Assembly: GCA_036149055.1 (NCBI GenBank)
Contig: JAYZQJ010000042.1
Coordinates: 1 to 31,072, forward strand
Reading direction: 5' to 3'
Length of the DNA stretch: 31,072 nucleotides
DNA from: Myxococcota bacterium
Lineage (GTDB): Bacteria > Myxococcota_A > Polyangia > Polyangiales > Sandaracinaceae
Shown: in pieces, positions 16,128 through 24,962 of the stretch
Layout of the letters: every line of letters begins with the position of its first letter
Numbering within the stretch: the stretch's first letter is position 1
Notes under the pieces: model-generated
What the model was told of the DNA's origin: nothing
What the model saw: the letters and a program-made list of their open reading frames with translations, nothing else
Databases searched by the model: none
Position numbers and translations under genes: made by a program

Positions 16128-16751
16128 TCAGCAGCCGTGCCGGCCGGGCTCGACGTGGTTGCGCACGCAGAGCGGGACCTTGAGCAGCCAGTCGTCGACC
16201 AGGGGGCCGAACACGTCGAGCACCACGCCGCCGCCGATGTCGGCGAGCACGCCCCAGGTGACGATGGTGTTGTCGTCCTCGTAGGACGAGAGCGTGATGA
16301 AGCCGCGCCCCGCGCGCAGGTCGTGGGGGCGGGTGCGGTCGAGCGTGAAGCTCATGTGGTGCCGCTCCGGCTCGAGCCGGACCCGGGCGAAGTAGCTCGC
16401 CCGCGCGAAGGAGTAGCGGTGCTGCATGTGCACCACCCGCTCGTCGCCGTCCTGAGACACGAGGCGCGCGCGCTCGAGCGCGGGGATGAGGTGCGGGTAG
16501 GCGCGCACGTCGGTGACCGCGGCCCACACCTGGTCGACCGGCGCGTGCACGAGCTGCCAGCTGGTGCCGCCGCGCATCGCGAAGCGGCCCTCCCGCCGGG
16601 TGACGTTGCGCGCGACCAGCTCGCCGGCGCGGATCCGGTTCTGCTCCTCGCGGGTGAACGCCTCGGTGCGCTGGGCGACGCCGGCGGCGCCGATCAGGCT
16701 CACCGCGATCACGCACGCCGCCGCTGTCCCGAACCGGAGCCTCCGCACCAT
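16128..16751 (-). CDS. Secreted SRPBCC/START (polyketide cyclase-like) protein
   Basis: Signal-like N-terminus and VHAPVDQVWAAVTDVRAYPHLIP motif. ATG 16751 lies 8 nt after TATCGT (the track start is TTG 16760). Confidence 0.8.
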   Translation of the reverse strand: MVRRLRFGTAAACVIAVSLIGAAGVAQRTEAFTREEQNRIRAGELVARNVTRREGRFAMRGGTSWQLVHAPVDQVWAAVTDVRAYPHLIPALERARLVSQDGDERVVHMQHRYSFARASYFARVRLEPERHHMSFTLDRTRPHDLRAGRGFITLSSYEDDNTIVTWGVLADIGGGVVLDVFGPLVDDWLLKVPLCVRNHVEPGRHGC

Positions 16752-16803
16752 CGTCCTCAACGATAGCCATGTACGGCGAAAGCGGAAGGTTTTTCGCCCC
16801 CGC

Positions 16804-18834
16804 TCACGGAGCGGGGAGGTCGGCGGCCCGGGCGCGCTCGCTGCGAGAGAGGCCGAGGACGTAGGGAGCCTGGGCTCCCTGGGTGGGGACAGTGACCCAG
16901 ACGTCCCAGGGTCCGGCCAGGCCCGGGCCGTCGTAGAAGGCGCCGTCGCGGTCCACGCCGCAGACCAGCTCGCCGTCGGGGCGACGCAGGATCACGCCGA
17001 CCGATCCCTCGGCGCGGGCGAGCACCCGGAGGCGCGGGAGCTCGGTGTGCACCTCGAAGGCGTGGGTGGGGAGATCGGTGGTGAACCCGGTGCAGTCGCC
17101 CGCGAGCCCGGAGATGTCGATCTCGCCCAGGGCGATCCCCTCGAGGAGCTGAGGGTCGGGGCCGTCGGGCCGCACGACGAGCGCGTCCGGCTCCCCGCCG
17201 TCGCCGCCGACCGGCTCGGGGAGGCCGCTCGGCATCGCGGACAGGTCGGGGGTGACCCCGAGGGTGTAGGGGTGCAGGTCGAAGCGGTCGAACGCGCCGA
17301 CGTAGATCCGGTGCTGGCCCGCCGGGAGCTCGAGCTCGACGACCGGGTCGGTGCCCTCGGTGTCGTCGTTGCAGACCCAGGTCCCGTCCTCGAGCTGCAC
17401 CGCGAGCGTCGAGTCCGAGGCGCCGCGCACGAGCACCCGCAGCCGCATCGGCTCCACCACCGACAGCGGGTGGTGGACCATGCCGATCCAGCCCACGCAG
17501 CTCGGGTCGACGCTCTCCGCGTCGACGTCGCCGCCCGCGGTGTCCTGGATCGTCACCGGGCTCATGCCGGGGAACGCCTCGAGCGGGGCGGCCGGCATCG
17601 AGCTGTCGAGGGACGGTGTCGGCAGCCCGAAGTCGTCCATCCCGCCGAAGCCGCGCATGAAGTCGCCCATCACCTGGATGGCGCCGATCACCATCGCCGC
17701 GGCCCCGCTGATCCGCGCCCAGAGCAGCTCGCTCTCGCGGGCGTCGAGCGCGAAGGACATCTCGATGCGCCCGTCGCGCACCACCGGCTCCATCGCCGCG
17801 ATCGGCGCGCTCAGGTGGTAGAGCCGCACGAAGGGCTCCTGCGAGGTCTCCTCGATCGCCTCGGTCAGCGCGGCGCGCACCGCCTCGGCGTCCGCCCCCT
17901 CGGCGACCTCGAGCAGCCAGTCCGCCCGGATCCCGCCGTCGACGTCGACGCGCAGCCCGCCGGCCGAGAGCTGCCGCACCCACTCGGGCACCTCGGTCTC
18001 GCCGTCCTCGCCCTCCTCTTCGACCAGCTCGCGCAGGGTGCGCGCGTCCTCGGTGACCATCACCAGGTGGTGATCGAAGAGGCCGATCCGGTCGTGCAGC
18101 CGCGTGCCGTCGTCGGACGTCGCGCCGCCCCGCCGGTCGAGCACCCCGCGCACGTCGCCCTCGGTGGCGAGCACCCAGAGGCCCTCGCGCAGCTCGACCA
18201 GCTGGTACTCGCGGGCCACGAACGCGCGGAGCCCGCGGACCTCGCGCACCCGGACCCGCGCCGCCTCCTCGTCGGCGACGCCGAGCCCGAGCGGATCCTC
18301 GGTCTGCGGCGCGCCCATGCCGAACGGGAGCTCGGGAAGATCCCCGCCGCCGGCCGCGAGCCGCACCGTCGCGCGCGCCTCCTCGTCGGTGAAGCGCGCC
18401 CCGAAGAAGCTCACCGCGGTGGGCGGGTTCCGCCGCGGGTTCGACGCCACGAAGATCCAGTCCGCCCGGGTCAGCACGTCGAGGGGCTCGGCCTCGGGCT
18501 CCTCCGGCGGCGCCGGCTCGACCTCTCCCTCCTGCCCCTCCTCGAGCGCCTCGAGCGCCGCCAGCGCGGCGAAGGGCGACGCCTCCTCCAGCTCGGCCGC
18601 CGCCTGCTCGCTCAGCTCCCGGAAGAGCGCGAGGTCCTCGTCCATCGCCGCGTAGAGCCGCGTGCTCCGGATCCCGGCCAGGTCCAGGAACACGAAGCCG
18701 CGGGACGCCGGCGGCGCGAGCGCGACGAGGTCGTCGGCCGCGGGGAGCTCGGTCGGCCGGAGGACCGTCGACTGGCGCGGGGTCGCACCGCAGCCGACGG
18801 AGAACAGGGTGAGGAGAAGCAGCGAGCGCGTCAC
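16804..18834 (-). CDS. Lipoprotein with two C-terminal PPC-like beta-sandwich repeats
   Basis: GTG start giving MTRSLLLLTLFSVGC (lipobox). Repeats: CVGWI...DSTLAVQLEDGTWVCNDD...PAGQHRIYVG and CTGFT..PTH...VILRRPDGELVC...GPWDVWV. Confidence 0.75.
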   Translation of the reverse strand: MTRSLLLLTLFSVGCGATPRQSTVLRPTELPAADDLVALAPPASRGFVFLDLAGIRSTRLYAAMDEDLALFRELSEQAAAELEEASPFAALAALEALEEGQEGEVEPAPPEEPEAEPLDVLTRADWIFVASNPRRNPPTAVSFFGARFTDEEARATVRLAAGGGDLPELPFGMGAPQTEDPLGLGVADEEAARVRVREVRGLRAFVAREYQLVELREGLWVLATEGDVRGVLDRRGGATSDDGTRLHDRIGLFDHHLVMVTEDARTLRELVEEEGEDGETEVPEWVRQLSAGGLRVDVDGGIRADWLLEVAEGADAEAVRAALTEAIEETSQEPFVRLYHLSAPIAAMEPVVRDGRIEMSFALDARESELLWARISGAAAMVIGAIQVMGDFMRGFGGMDDFGLPTPSLDSSMPAAPLEAFPGMSPVTIQDTAGGDVDAESVDPSCVGWIGMVHHPLSVVEPMRLRVLVRGASDSTLAVQLEDGTWVCNDDTEGTDPVVELELPAGQHRIYVGAFDRFDLHPYTLGVTPDLSAMPSGLPEPVGGDGGEPDALVVRPDGPDPQLLEGIALGEIDISGLAGDCTGFTTDLPTHAFEVHTELPRLRVLARAEGSVGVILRRPDGELVCGVDRDGAFYDGPGLAGPWDVWVTVPTQGAQAPYVLGLSRSERARAADLPAP

Positions 18835-18878
18835 GGGCGCAAACAAGCGCCACCACGACGCACGCGTCAAGCCGGGAG

Positions 18879-19790
18879 TCAGAACCGGTAGTCGCTCCGG
18901 GAGGTGTTGTGGGCCGTGACCTCGAGCGTCCCCTGCCCCTCGGGGGTCGGCACCGCGGCGGTGAAGCGCATCTCGAACGCGCTCTCCTCTCGGAGGGTCG
19001 GGCGATCGATCGCCAGCGGGAGCCAGCGCCGCTCGCGCCCGGTCGCCACCGCCTCGCGCAGCTGCACCCGGGGAGGCAGCCCGAGCACGGACAGGCCGCC
19101 CAGCTCGAGCTCGGTGACGATCTCCATGCAGGGCACGCCCTCGATCTCGGTCAGCGCCGCGAAGGTGCTCTGCCCCCGCAGCCGGTCCTCGGACACTCTG
19201 ACGGTGGGCATCGCCTGGAGGTTGCGGGCGGCGCGAGCCGCGTCGATCGGCCACGACTCCCCGACCGCCCGCGGCTGCACCGTGCCGTACATCTCGTCCG
19301 CCCCGACGTCCGCCTCCCGGCTGTCGACCACGTCGGTGATCCACGCCGCCTGCTCCTCGGTGAGCGTCCCGCCGACCCAGGTGACGCCCGGCTCCTCGTC
19401 CGGCCGCAGGGCCCGGCTGACCTGGAGCACCGCGCCGGCGGGCACCACCGCCTCCTCCTCGCCGCCCTCGAGTCGCGTCGCGTGCTTCACGGTCAGCTCG
19501 ATCCGCGCGACCCGCCCCTGCGCGTCGACGTCGAGCACGACCACGTCCGCGCGGAGCCGGTGGGTGGCGTCCTCGACCGACTCCTCGACCGGCTCCCCGG
19601 GCATGCGCGCGACGGAGCGGGTCCGGTCCCGCGCCTCGGTCGTCAGCACGAAACGATCCCCCGCCCGCGCTCTCCGCTCGAGGACCACCTCGTGCCCCTC
19701 CTCGGTCGGTGGGGAGTCCGCAGCCGTGGAGGGAGGCGGCGCGCCGGAGCCGCATGCGGTGAGCAAGAGCAAGACCGACAGGTTGCGCAT
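18879..19790 (-). CDS. Hypothetical lipoprotein
   Basis: MRNLSVLLLLTAC lipobox, SD AGGAG just upstream, and a beta-rich body with a PRAVGESW motif. Confidence 0.78.
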   Translation of the reverse strand: MRNLSVLLLLTACGSGAPPPSTAADSPPTEEGHEVVLERRARAGDRFVLTTEARDRTRSVARMPGEPVEESVEDATHRLRADVVVLDVDAQGRVARIELTVKHATRLEGGEEEAVVPAGAVLQVSRALRPDEEPGVTWVGGTLTEEQAAWITDVVDSREADVGADEMYGTVQPRAVGESWPIDAARAARNLQAMPTVRVSEDRLRGQSTFAALTEIEGVPCMEIVTELELGGLSVLGLPPRVQLREAVATGRERRWLPLAIDRPTLREESAFEMRFTAAVPTPEGQGTLEVTAHNTSRSDYRF

Positions 19791-19824
19791 GTCTCCTGAA
19801 TAGCAGGATCGATAAGCTCCCTGC

Positions 19825-20094
19825 ATGGACATCTTCGACCGCTCCCGGGACCTCATGGATCAGGTGCAGGAGACCCTGCGCGAGGCGTCGCCCCTCATCG
19901 AGGGCACGACCGGCCTGGTCAAGGACACCCAGACCCTCACCACCAAGGCCGCCGGCACCCTCTCCAACTGCAACAGCGTGCTCGCCGAGCTGTCCGCCCT
20001 CCTCTCGGCCCGGACCCGCCTCGCCAAGCTGGAGTGCGAGAAGCTCGAGCTCGAGATCGCCGCCCTGAAGTCGAGCGCGCCTCAGTCGTCGTAG
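19825..20094 (+). CDS. Small predicted coiled-coil protein
   Basis: 89 aa, strong GC3 codon bias, heptad-like Leu pattern; TAAGCT 6 nt before the ATG. Confidence 0.75.
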   Translation: MDIFDRSRDLMDQVQETLREASPLIEGTTGLVKDTQTLTTKAAGTLSNCNSVLAELSALLSARTRLAKLECEKLELEIAALKSSAPQSS

Positions 20095-20489
20095 CAGCGG
20101 CCGGGCGGCTGGCGCGAGGCCCGATCGAAGACGAAACCCTCGGCGCCGGCGTGCGCGCACACCGGCCGCGATTCTCCGAACCGGAGCCGAGCGCGAGTGA
20201 CCTCCAGGACCGGGGCGTGGTCGCCGTCCCGGAGCTCGATCCGATCCCCGAGGACGCGCCGCACCTCCAGCCGCGCGACGCAGCCTCGCACCCCGCCCTC
20301 CCCGTCGGGCTCGCGCGACTCGAACGCGACGACCCGGGGCGCCAGCGAGAGGCACGCCTCGGCGCCGTCCGCGGCGCGGGCCCGGTACACGCCAACCAGG
20401 CGGGAGGAGATCTCCGGGGCGTCGGCGCTGGACGGCTGCGCGACGAAGACCGCCATCAAGGCGACGAGGGCGGCGGGGGAACGACCCAT
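20082..20489 (-). CDS. Small putative secreted protein with 4 Cys
   Basis: Signal peptide-like MGRSPAALVALMAVFVAQPSSA; TAGGAT 6 nt before the ATG. Confidence 0.6.
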   Translation of the reverse strand: MGRSPAALVALMAVFVAQPSSADAPEISSRLVGVYRARAADGAEACLSLAPRVVAFESREPDGEGGVRGCVARLEVRRVLGDRIELRDGDHAPVLEVTRARLRFGESRPVCAHAGAEGFVFDRASRQPPGRCYDD

Positions 20490-20578
20490 CTGGCGATCCT
20501 ACGCCCTCGCCGGGACTCGACCCAAAGATTCTCAATTCGGATTGCGCCCCGCCAGACGGATGACGTCTACTCACCGAG

Positions 20579-21652
20579 ATGAACGCTGACACGATCAACG
20601 CGATCTTCGGCATCGGCTGCACGGTGGCGATCTTCGGGATCACCGGGGGCGGCTTCTGGTGGATGCAGGGAAAGTCGGAGCGACGTCGGAAGCGGGCGCT
20701 GCGCAACCCGCCGCCGCTGCCGCTCCATCGCGGGGACCCGCTGCTCGGACGGCTGGTCGACGCCTGCGGGCGTCAGGATCTCCAGACGCTCCAGCGGGAG
20801 CTGGGCGCGATGCAGGGAGACTGGCAGCGACGCAGCTACTACCTCGACGCGATCCTGCTCGACCTCCCTCGCGCCCGCGTCGCGCTCGACCGCTGGGTGG
20901 CGGACGCCCCGCAGGATCCGCTGGCCCGGCTGCTCCAGGGCATCGGCCTCATCGCGTGGGCCTGGGAAGCGCGGGGCACCGGCCTCGGGTCTTCGGTCAC
21001 CGAGGACGGCCGGCGACTCTTCTCCGAGCGCCTCCAGCTCGCTCGGCAGGCGCTCCGGGAGGCCGCGGCGCTCGCGCCCGACGATCCGCATCCGTGGGGA
21101 GAGCTCGTGCTCGTGGGCCAGGCCTCGGGCGAGCCCGACGCCGTGCTGGAGGAGGCCTACCAGGAGGCGCTGCGCCGTGACCCGTCGAGCTTCCACGCGC
21201 ACTGGCGCCGGGTGAACAGCCTGCTCGAGAAGTGGTCGGGCCAGGAGCACGCCGCGCGGGAGCGCGCGAGGGAGGTCGCGCGCGCGGCCGCGCCGGGCTC
21301 CGATCTCCCGATGCTCCTGGCGTTCGCGCTCGCCGAGGAGCGCAGCGCGCGGCTGCGTCGCAGCGGTCACGCCGCCGCCGATGCCTTCGGGCGCGCCCCC
21401 GCCTTCCGTCAGGAGCTCGAGTGGGCGATGCGTCGCTCCATCCTGCACCCGGCGCACGTCGACGGTCACGGGTGGGCGCTGCTGGCGGTGAACTGGGGCG
21501 CGTTCCTCTCGCGGCTCGTCCGGGACGACGCCACCCTGCGCGGGCTGCTCGAGCGCCTGGGAGACAAGGCGGGCGTCTGCGGCTGGAACATCGCCGAGGC
21601 CAAGCGCCCGGGGTACGTTGCGGAGGCGCGCGTGTCGGTCGGTCTGCTCTGA
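20579..21652 (+). CDS. DUF4034-like/TPR-like protein with N-terminal TM anchor
   Basis: LDRWVADAP...AWAWEARGTG...VTEDGRRLFSERL..A...L.EAAALAPDDPHPW and the L.EKWSG pattern typical of this family. Confidence 0.75.
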   Translation: MNADTINAIFGIGCTVAIFGITGGGFWWMQGKSERRRKRALRNPPPLPLHRGDPLLGRLVDACGRQDLQTLQRELGAMQGDWQRRSYYLDAILLDLPRARVALDRWVADAPQDPLARLLQGIGLIAWAWEARGTGLGSSVTEDGRRLFSERLQLARQALREAAALAPDDPHPWGELVLVGQASGEPDAVLEEAYQEALRRDPSSFHAHWRRVNSLLEKWSGQEHAARERAREVARAAAPGSDLPMLLAFALAEERSARLRRSGHAAADAFGRAPAFRQELEWAMRRSILHPAHVDGHGWALLAVNWGAFLSRLVRDDATLRGLLERLGDKAGVCGWNIAEAKRPGYVAEARVSVGLL

Positions 21653-22152
21653 TGCCCCAGGAAAGTGCTCGAGAGGAAACGCCGAGTCATCGGTACTACC
21701 GCGCCTGCGTGGGGCGGTGGCGGAGCCCGGTCGCGCTGACGATCGAGGACCCGGGCGCGCTCGCGGCGTCCGGCATGTCGTGGCTCGATCGCGTGAGCCT
21801 GCGGACGCTCGCCGGGTGGCCGGGCTGGCTGCCGCCGATCTGGATGCACACGTCGGTCGCGTACGATCCGTCGGGCGAGGTGGTGCACCGGACGGTGATC
21901 CGGTGTCTGGGCGTGCCGCTCCGGCGCACCGTCGAGCGCTTCACGCTGCAGCCGGACGGGCGGCGCTTCGTGGTGTCCGGGGACATGAGCGGCGAAGGCG
22001 AGGTCGAGGACGACGGAGCGCACGCGCGGTACGCGCTCCGCTGGCTGGGCGTCGACATCCGGCAGGAGACCACGCGCGAGCCCGACCTCGTCACCGTGAG
22101 GCAGACGGGGCCGGGCTTCGCGGGCACGCAGCGGCTCGTGCGACAGGCCTGA
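21652..22152 (+). CDS. Hypothetical beta-rich protein, translationally coupled to the upstream gene
   Basis: TGATG stop/start overlap at 21650-21654; 166 aa, MPQESAREETPSHRYYRACVGRW... Confidence 0.7.
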   Translation: MPQESAREETPSHRYYRACVGRWRSPVALTIEDPGALAASGMSWLDRVSLRTLAGWPGWLPPIWMHTSVAYDPSGEVVHRTVIRCLGVPLRRTVERFTLQPDGRRFVVSGDMSGEGEVEDDGAHARYALRWLGVDIRQETTREPDLVTVRQTGPGFAGTQRLVRQA

Positions 22153-23838
22153 TCAGCGCGCCACGACCTCGGCGCCGGCGACCCCGGCGTGCATCATGCG
22201 GGCTTCGCCGACCAGCGCGCCGTCGGCGTCGAAGTCGCTCTCCATCAGCTCGACGTTGGCCACCGCGCCCTCGGTGCGGTTGCCGCCGACGAGGCCGCCC
22301 TCGCCGCCGAAGTAGGCGTTGCCCTCGACCACCGGCGGGATGGGCATGGGCGCGCCGCGGAACACGAACGCGCGCCGCTGGCTGACGACGGTGTTGCGGT
22401 ACACGTGGACGTTGGACGCGTCGGGGGTGGTGGTCTGGCCGTTCATCCGGATGGCGGCGTCGACGTTCTGGTCGCCGTCGTAGATCGCGGTGTTCCAGCA
22501 CACCTCCTGGTTCTCGGCGGAGGGCTGGGTGATCTGGTTGCTGACGTCGATCGCCGCCGTGCCCGCGCGGCCGATGAAGAGGTTGTCGCGCACCGTCAGG
22601 TCGTTGGTGTCGTCCTTCGGGTGGATGAACATGTCCCCGTTGCTCGGCTGGAGGTCGACGCCGATCGCGCGGTTGCCCTCGAAGAGCACGCGGCGCGAGT
22701 CGAAGGTGACGACGAGCTGGGCGGCCGCGTTCGCGCGCAGCTCGCTGTCGAGCACCGCGAGGTTCTCGTGGTACGGCCCGTCGGCCATGAAGGCGATGCA
22801 GCCGGGGTTGTCGCGGCCCGAGCCGCCGACCCCGGTGTCGTCGAACGAGAGGGCCCAGAAGGTGACCCGCTCGGAGCGGTCGGTGACGTTGAAGATGCGC
22901 GCGTTGCCGAGGTCGCCGCGCGAGCCGGTGAAGTCGATGCCGGCGACGAGGTAGTCGTCGAGCCCGCCGACCCGGGTGGTGCGAAAGTGGCCCTCGGAGG
23001 TGTCGAAGGTGACCGCCTCGCCCGGGTGAGCGACGAGCGCGATCGGCTTGACCGCGCCGTCGAGGACCGGGCTCGTGAAGGGCTCGGCGGCGTAGACCTG
23101 GTAGCGGCCCGCCCGGAACACCGCGACGCGCCCGGCCCACGTGGCGTCGGCGTCGTCGTTGCGCCAGAGCCCGGCGGCGAAGGTGCGGAGCGGCGCGTCG
23201 AAGGTGCCGGCCGCGGCGTCGTCGCCCGCCTCCGCGTCGACGAACACGAAGGCGTCGTCGTCGGTGGTCACCTCCCAGGTCAGCTCCACCGACTCCCCCG
23301 ACTGATCGGTGACCCGGACGCGGAAGGCGTGGCTGCCGGCCGCCGGCGCGGGCCACTCGATGACGCCGTAGCCCGGGGTCCGCAGGTGCTCGATCCAGCC
23401 GGTCTCCGGGTCCTCGCGCCGGTCGAGCTCCCCGGCCACGAAGGCCGCGCCGTCGGGGCCCTCGACCAGCTCGTAGAGGAACGGCCACTCGCCGCCCTGG
23501 ATCGCGACGCGCACCCGGTAGGGGACCCGCGAGTGGGCGCGGCGGTGGTAGGCGTCGGGCGAGGTCTCGTCGTCCGGCCGCGGGTAGAGCGCGTGCATCG
23601 GCAGCTTCTGACCCACGCGCGACTCCATCGGCAGCGTCCAGGCCCCCGGGGGCGGCGGCCCCGCGTCGGGCTCGCCGCCGTCGACGCCGGCGTCGTCCAT
23701 CGTCGACCCGTCCGGCGTGGACGCGTCGGACACGGGCGGGGCGGAGGCGTCGGGGCCCGCGTCCTCGGCGGGCGCGGGATCGCCGTCGCACGCGGCGAGC
23801 CAGAGGAGGGCGAGGAGACAGAACCGGTACTTCTTCAT
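22153..23838 (-). CDS. Lipoprotein with Ig-like domain and right-handed beta-helix (pectin-lyase-like, DUF1565-type motif)
   Basis: MKKYRFCLLALLWLAAC lipobox, DAG/Pro linker, Ig-like GGEWPFLYEL...FRVRVTD, FVDAEAGDDAAAGTFDAPLRT, and Asn-ladder repeats (FEGN, VRDN, CWNT, VYRNT, VEGN). Confidence 0.82.
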   Translation of the reverse strand: MKKYRFCLLALLWLAACDGDPAPAEDAGPDASAPPVSDASTPDGSTMDDAGVDGGEPDAGPPPPGAWTLPMESRVGQKLPMHALYPRPDDETSPDAYHRRAHSRVPYRVRVAIQGGEWPFLYELVEGPDGAAFVAGELDRREDPETGWIEHLRTPGYGVIEWPAPAAGSHAFRVRVTDQSGESVELTWEVTTDDDAFVFVDAEAGDDAAAGTFDAPLRTFAAGLWRNDDADATWAGRVAVFRAGRYQVYAAEPFTSPVLDGAVKPIALVAHPGEAVTFDTSEGHFRTTRVGGLDDYLVAGIDFTGSRGDLGNARIFNVTDRSERVTFWALSFDDTGVGGSGRDNPGCIAFMADGPYHENLAVLDSELRANAAAQLVVTFDSRRVLFEGNRAIGVDLQPSNGDMFIHPKDDTNDLTVRDNLFIGRAGTAAIDVSNQITQPSAENQEVCWNTAIYDGDQNVDAAIRMNGQTTTPDASNVHVYRNTVVSQRRAFVFRGAPMPIPPVVEGNAYFGGEGGLVGGNRTEGAVANVELMESDFDADGALVGEARMMHAGVAGAEVVAR

Positions 23839-23940
23839 GGGGACGACTCTACCGAGCGCGGCGCGCGTGTCCCCTAATCTCTGCCTACCTCGCTCGCTGG
23901 CTGGCGCAGCGGGGCTACGCTGCGGCGGAGGAGGGGCACG

Positions 23941-24915
23941 ATGAACGAACGGAACGCGGACTGGCCGGAGCTCGACTACGCGGCGTGGCGGGAGACCTGC
24001 ACGGCGCTCCATCTCTGGACGCAGGTGGCGGGCAAGTACCGGCTGGCGCACACGCCCTGGGTCAACCACTCGTGGCACGCGACGCTGTACGTGACGCCGC
24101 GCGGCCTGACGACGGGCACGGTGCCGGACGGCGGGCGCGCGGTGACGCTCGACTTCGACTTCGTCGACCACGCCTTCGTGGCCCGGGCGGACGGGGGCGC
24201 GACCTCGCGCTTCGAGCTCGGGGAGATGAGCGTGGCCCGCTTCTTCGACCGGGCGAAGGCCGCGATCGAGGCGGTGGGCGGCACGCCGACCCTCCACGGG
24301 GCGCCGAGCGAGGTGCCCGACGCGACGCCGTTCGCCGAGGACACCGCCGCGCGCCCCTACGACCGGGACGCGGTGGAGCGTTATCACCGGGCGCTCACCC
24401 ACGTGGAGCGCGTGCTGTCGCACTTCCGGACCTCGTACCTCGGCAAGGTCAGCCCGGTGCACCTCTTCTGGGGCGCGCTCGACCTCGCGGTGACACGCTT
24501 CTCGGGCCGCCGCGCGCCGCTGCACCCGGGCGGGATCCCGAACCTCCCGGACGCGGTGACGCAGGAGGCGTACAGCCACGAGGTCTCCTCGGCGGGGTTC
24601 TGGCCCGGAGGCGGCGGCGTCGAGGAGGCGATGTTCTACTCCTACGCGTACCCGACCCCCGAGGGCTTCGCGGCCGCGCGCGTCGAGCCGGAGGCCGCCC
24701 ACTACCACGACCAGCTCGGCGAGTTCGTGCTCCCCTACGAGGCGGTGCGATCCGCCCCGGACCCGAGCGCCACCCTGATGCGCTTCCTCCGCTCGACCTA
24801 CGCGGCGGCCGCCGAGCTCGGAGGCTGGGACCGCGACGCGCTCGAGTGCGCGCTGGGATCGCCGAGGGTCCCCCGCGGCGTCCGCGCCGAAAGGCGAATT
24901 CCCGCGGAAGGGTAG
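23941..24915 (+). CDS. DUF5996 family protein
   Basis: WPELDYAAWRETCTALHLWTQVAGKYRLA..PWVNHSWHATLYVTPRGLTTG, GKVSPVHLFWG..DLAVTRFSGR, EAYSHEVSSAGFWPG, FYSYAYP. SD GGAGG. Confidence 0.88.
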   Translation: MNERNADWPELDYAAWRETCTALHLWTQVAGKYRLAHTPWVNHSWHATLYVTPRGLTTGTVPDGGRAVTLDFDFVDHAFVARADGGATSRFELGEMSVARFFDRAKAAIEAVGGTPTLHGAPSEVPDATPFAEDTAARPYDRDAVERYHRALTHVERVLSHFRTSYLGKVSPVHLFWGALDLAVTRFSGRRAPLHPGGIPNLPDAVTQEAYSHEVSSAGFWPGGGGVEEAMFYSYAYPTPEGFAAARVEPEAAHYHDQLGEFVLPYEAVRSAPDPSATLMRFLRSTYAAAAELGGWDRDALECALGSPRVPRGVRAERRIPAEG

Positions 24916-24962
24916 ACGCGAGCGCGCAGAGCTGTCAATCAGGCTGCCTGGGAGGGGCAGCC

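Noticed and set aside
16775..16798. GGCGAAA...TTTCGCC hairpin or ECF promoter between the lipoprotein and SRPBCC genes
   Set aside because: There is no U-tract for an intrinsic terminator, and the AAC-to-CGT spacing is 13 rather than 16-17.
18835..20706. Upstream half of ORF 16804..20706 (1300 aa)
   Set aside because: It is low-complexity Arg/Gly/Pro sequence overlapping better-supported genes in other frames.
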